From the NCBI GenBank assembly GCA_051942205.1, contig JAVECO010000027.1:124001-160813 (forward strand): DNA of 36,813 nt, written 5' to 3'. The position numbers and the translations under genes are program-made. This document shows, piece after piece, positions 34,248 through 36,813 of the stretch (positions are counted from its first letter, which is position 1; every line of letters starts with the position of its first letter). The DNA comes from Coniocarpon cinnabarinum (lineage: Eukaryota). The notes under the pieces were generated by a model that saw nothing but the letters and a program-made list of their open reading frames with translations, made no database searches and was not told the origin of the DNA.

Positions 34248-36813
34248 TATAAGGATCGCGACCTAGAAGCTATTATTACTACCTAAGGACGGCCTAACTA
34301 CAAAGGACGTTGTATAGAGAAGAAGAAAGCTTCTCTATAACGAGTCTATCTTAAATAATTGTATGCTAAGCTCTTAGGGTTGTATACCCTATTATATTAT
34401 ATAATCCCTTATATCTAGATCTAAATTCTTATATTACTCCCCCCTTCTATATACTAAGCTCCTGCTTAGATATATTTATATTTAGCTATTGTATCTTATT
34501 TACTACTACTAGTAGTATAGTTAGTTAACTAACCTATTAGGTGCATATATTTAATAGTATTAAGGGCCCCTAGTTTAAATCTTATATTAGACTAGGGGAG
34601 CAGGGTTGTTGCTTGTTAGGTCTAATAGCTAGTAGGTTAATACTCTAGTTAACTATATGCTTAGTTCTCTATTGTTCCCTATTAGGGTTAATAATATTAA
34701 AGTCTTATGTATAGTTAACTATAGAGAGCTGCCTCTTAGAATAGGGCGGTAAAACTGTTACTAGTTAAATATCTAATTTCTTTTTATAGTACTTAGAGAG
34801 AGCGTTTAATTACCTAAATAGATTTGCTAGGCCTAGGGCGTAGAGGATAGGCTTAATAATAGGCGTCTTTAGTTTTTTGTGTATTATTAATATTCTCTTA
34901 GGGTTCTTATATTAGTTCTTAATAACCTGCCTATTTAATTAGGTATTAAAGCTTATAGTATTAATACTTTAAGTCTAGAATATTCTTAACTTTATATAAG
35001 GGTAGGCTTTCTTTTTAGACTTCTAGGGGTAGTAGCTATTTTTATAGCTATTTAGGGTAGGCGTCTAAAGAATATAGGCGTAGTAAAGAGATATAGAATC
35101 TATTATTAATCTTTATACTTTAAAGAAGCTTAAGCTAGGTAACTAGAGGTATCTTTATTCTAATTATTTTATAGAGACCTGCATAGATTAAGTTAAGCTT
35201 TACTAAGGGCCTTTAGCGTTATAAGTGCCTAATATCTAGAAAGACTTAATTACTAGCTTTTAACTAGAGAGCTAGTAGGCGGTACTTATTTACTAAGCTT
35301 AATTAGGCGGCCTATACTAGTTATAAGGCTTTTCTATAGTACTAGTATATACGTTCTATATCTTAAGTAAAGCTAGTAGCGGACTAAAGCTAGTCTAACG
35401 TTAATTTAGGCTTAAACTATATCTAGGAATAATATCTAAAAGCTATAAAGAATAGGGAGATGCCTATACTAGTATTAATATAGTTATTAGCGTAAAACTC
35501 TATAATAGAGAGCTATTTTATCTAATTGTCTTGTAGGTAGTTAATATAGTACTATAGGTAGGTTACTAACGTTTAATTTATCTATTTAGTTTATCTATCT
35601 ATTTTAGGATAGTAGGCTATTAAAAGCTTATATTTAATATCTAGTTTCTTATAAAAGGCGTTCTAAAATTTTAATAAGAATACTAAGCCTTAGTTAGATA
35701 CTAGGGAATTAGGTAGTCTAGCAAATTAAAAGATATATTTAATAAAAGCCTTAGTAGTAGTTAATACAGTAATATTAGGCATAGGGATTAGCTAAACTCA
35801 CTTAGTAAGGCGATCGACTACCTAGAAAATATATTAGAACTTCTACCTCTAATACTTACTAGTAGGCAGTAGGCTAATAAAGTCAAGGGTTAGGTGCTAA
35901 AAAGCCTTCTAGGGGGCCTCTAGTAGGTACAATAAGCCTAGGGGCTTTCTTATCAAATAGTTGTTGTGTCTATAACTTTTACAGCTACAATAGAACTAAG
36001 GGACATCTTAGTATATAGAGGGCTAAAAGTATTATTAACAGAGAAGAGTAAAGAGCGTAGCAGATCCTCTATATCTATATAGGGGTAATTCGTAGAAGTG
36101 CTATATAACTACTATATAGATAGATTTAGGGACGTAGTCCTTTTTATAGTACTAGAATCTATGCTCTGTTAGCTAGTAATTTAGTAGTTTAAGCTTAGTA
36201 TTAGTTGCTACGCCTTATTAAAGCTTTTCTTAAATTCTTTATACTAGTAGATCTATATAATAGGCTTCTTACTAATTAATATCTATTTAGTCTATACTAG
36301 GATTCTATTTAGGTTTAATTAGGGCTAGTCTTAGAATTTAATATAGCTTAAGTAATTACTATATACGCTGCTAGACCTAGTTGTCCTCTACTAACTAGGG
36401 ACAGTTAGTAGAGATCCTAGTAAGGGTATTAGGTTTGCTATTTTACTTGCCTAGGTGGTGCTAAATCTAGAAATTAAATTAAAATAGGAATTCGCTCTAA
36501 TAAGCTTATCTAGCTGTAAGCTTCTTTATTAATATAAAGTATTCTAGGTTTTTATAGTTAGATAGGACTTATATAGGCTAATTAATAGACTTAAGCTTAG
36601 TAGTCTATTTCTTAAAGGCTTAAATAATTACTAGCAGCTCCTTATTATAGATCTTATAGTTATATTCTACTAGAAGCATTTTCTTTAATATAAATACAAT
36701 AAAGCGTAAAACTCCTTATTTATCGTATTAAGATAGGACTATAGCAGTAACCTAATTAGAGGTATTAGGCTTAATAATAGTCCTCTTATCTAGGTTAAAG
36801 TAAGCTAGTATAC
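34248..36813 (-). mobile_element. RIP-degraded Ty3/Gypsy chromovirus (3' LTR 34248-34433, PPT, chromodomain, integrase), continues beyond window
   Basis: The minus strand reads ILDLKY*YYKL*YLIK*AGY*ELI*EP*ENI...AYY*AYP.RP (chromodomain, ~34830-34990) and RPLVKLNLIYAGLYKII...LKLL*SIKINNRFYISLLR (GPY/F motif, ~35050-35240). The polypurine tract GAAGGGGGGGAGTAA abuts an LTR with RIP-altered ends TATAAGAAT...ATCCTTATA. Confidence 0.85.

Noticed and set aside
32700..36813. AT-rich tail as organellar insertion or contaminant
   Set aside because: TpA excess and recoverable chromodomain/GPY-F motifs show RIP-mutated retrotransposon DNA.

Overview
This is fungal (filamentous ascomycete) genomic DNA, judging by the short GT-AG introns with CTRAC-like branch points and the RIP signatures. 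It has four parts. (1) 1-~5.3 kb is a conserved core block: a GT8/GNT1-like glycosyltransferase, mitochondrial ribosomal protein uL5m (MRPL7) and an STE3 pheromone receptor. (2) ~5.4-16.7 kb is an accessory-looking block: RIP-scarred remnants, an intronless GTP cyclohydrolase I, a 3-exon hypothetical gene, a P-loop sulfotransferase-family gene, a damaged small secreted Cys-rich gene and an orphan 5' fragment of PGS1. (3) ~16.7-32.5 kb is a probable Starship giant transposon. Its 5-exon DUF3435 tyrosine-recombinase 'captain' is invisible as one ORF because RIP-type mutations created four TAG stops and hit the catalytic His. Cargo follows: a short MADS-box gene, an F-box-like gene, decayed hypotheticals, and an intact divergent pair of a Gde1-like SPX-ANK-GDPD gene and a HeLo-like-ankyrin gene. 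(4) ~32.5-36.8 kb is a heavily RIP-mutated nest of LTR retrotransposons, including a Ty3/Gypsy chromovirus. The Starship termini could not be fixed from this sequence alone. All family assignments come from motifs recognised by eye, not from database searches.
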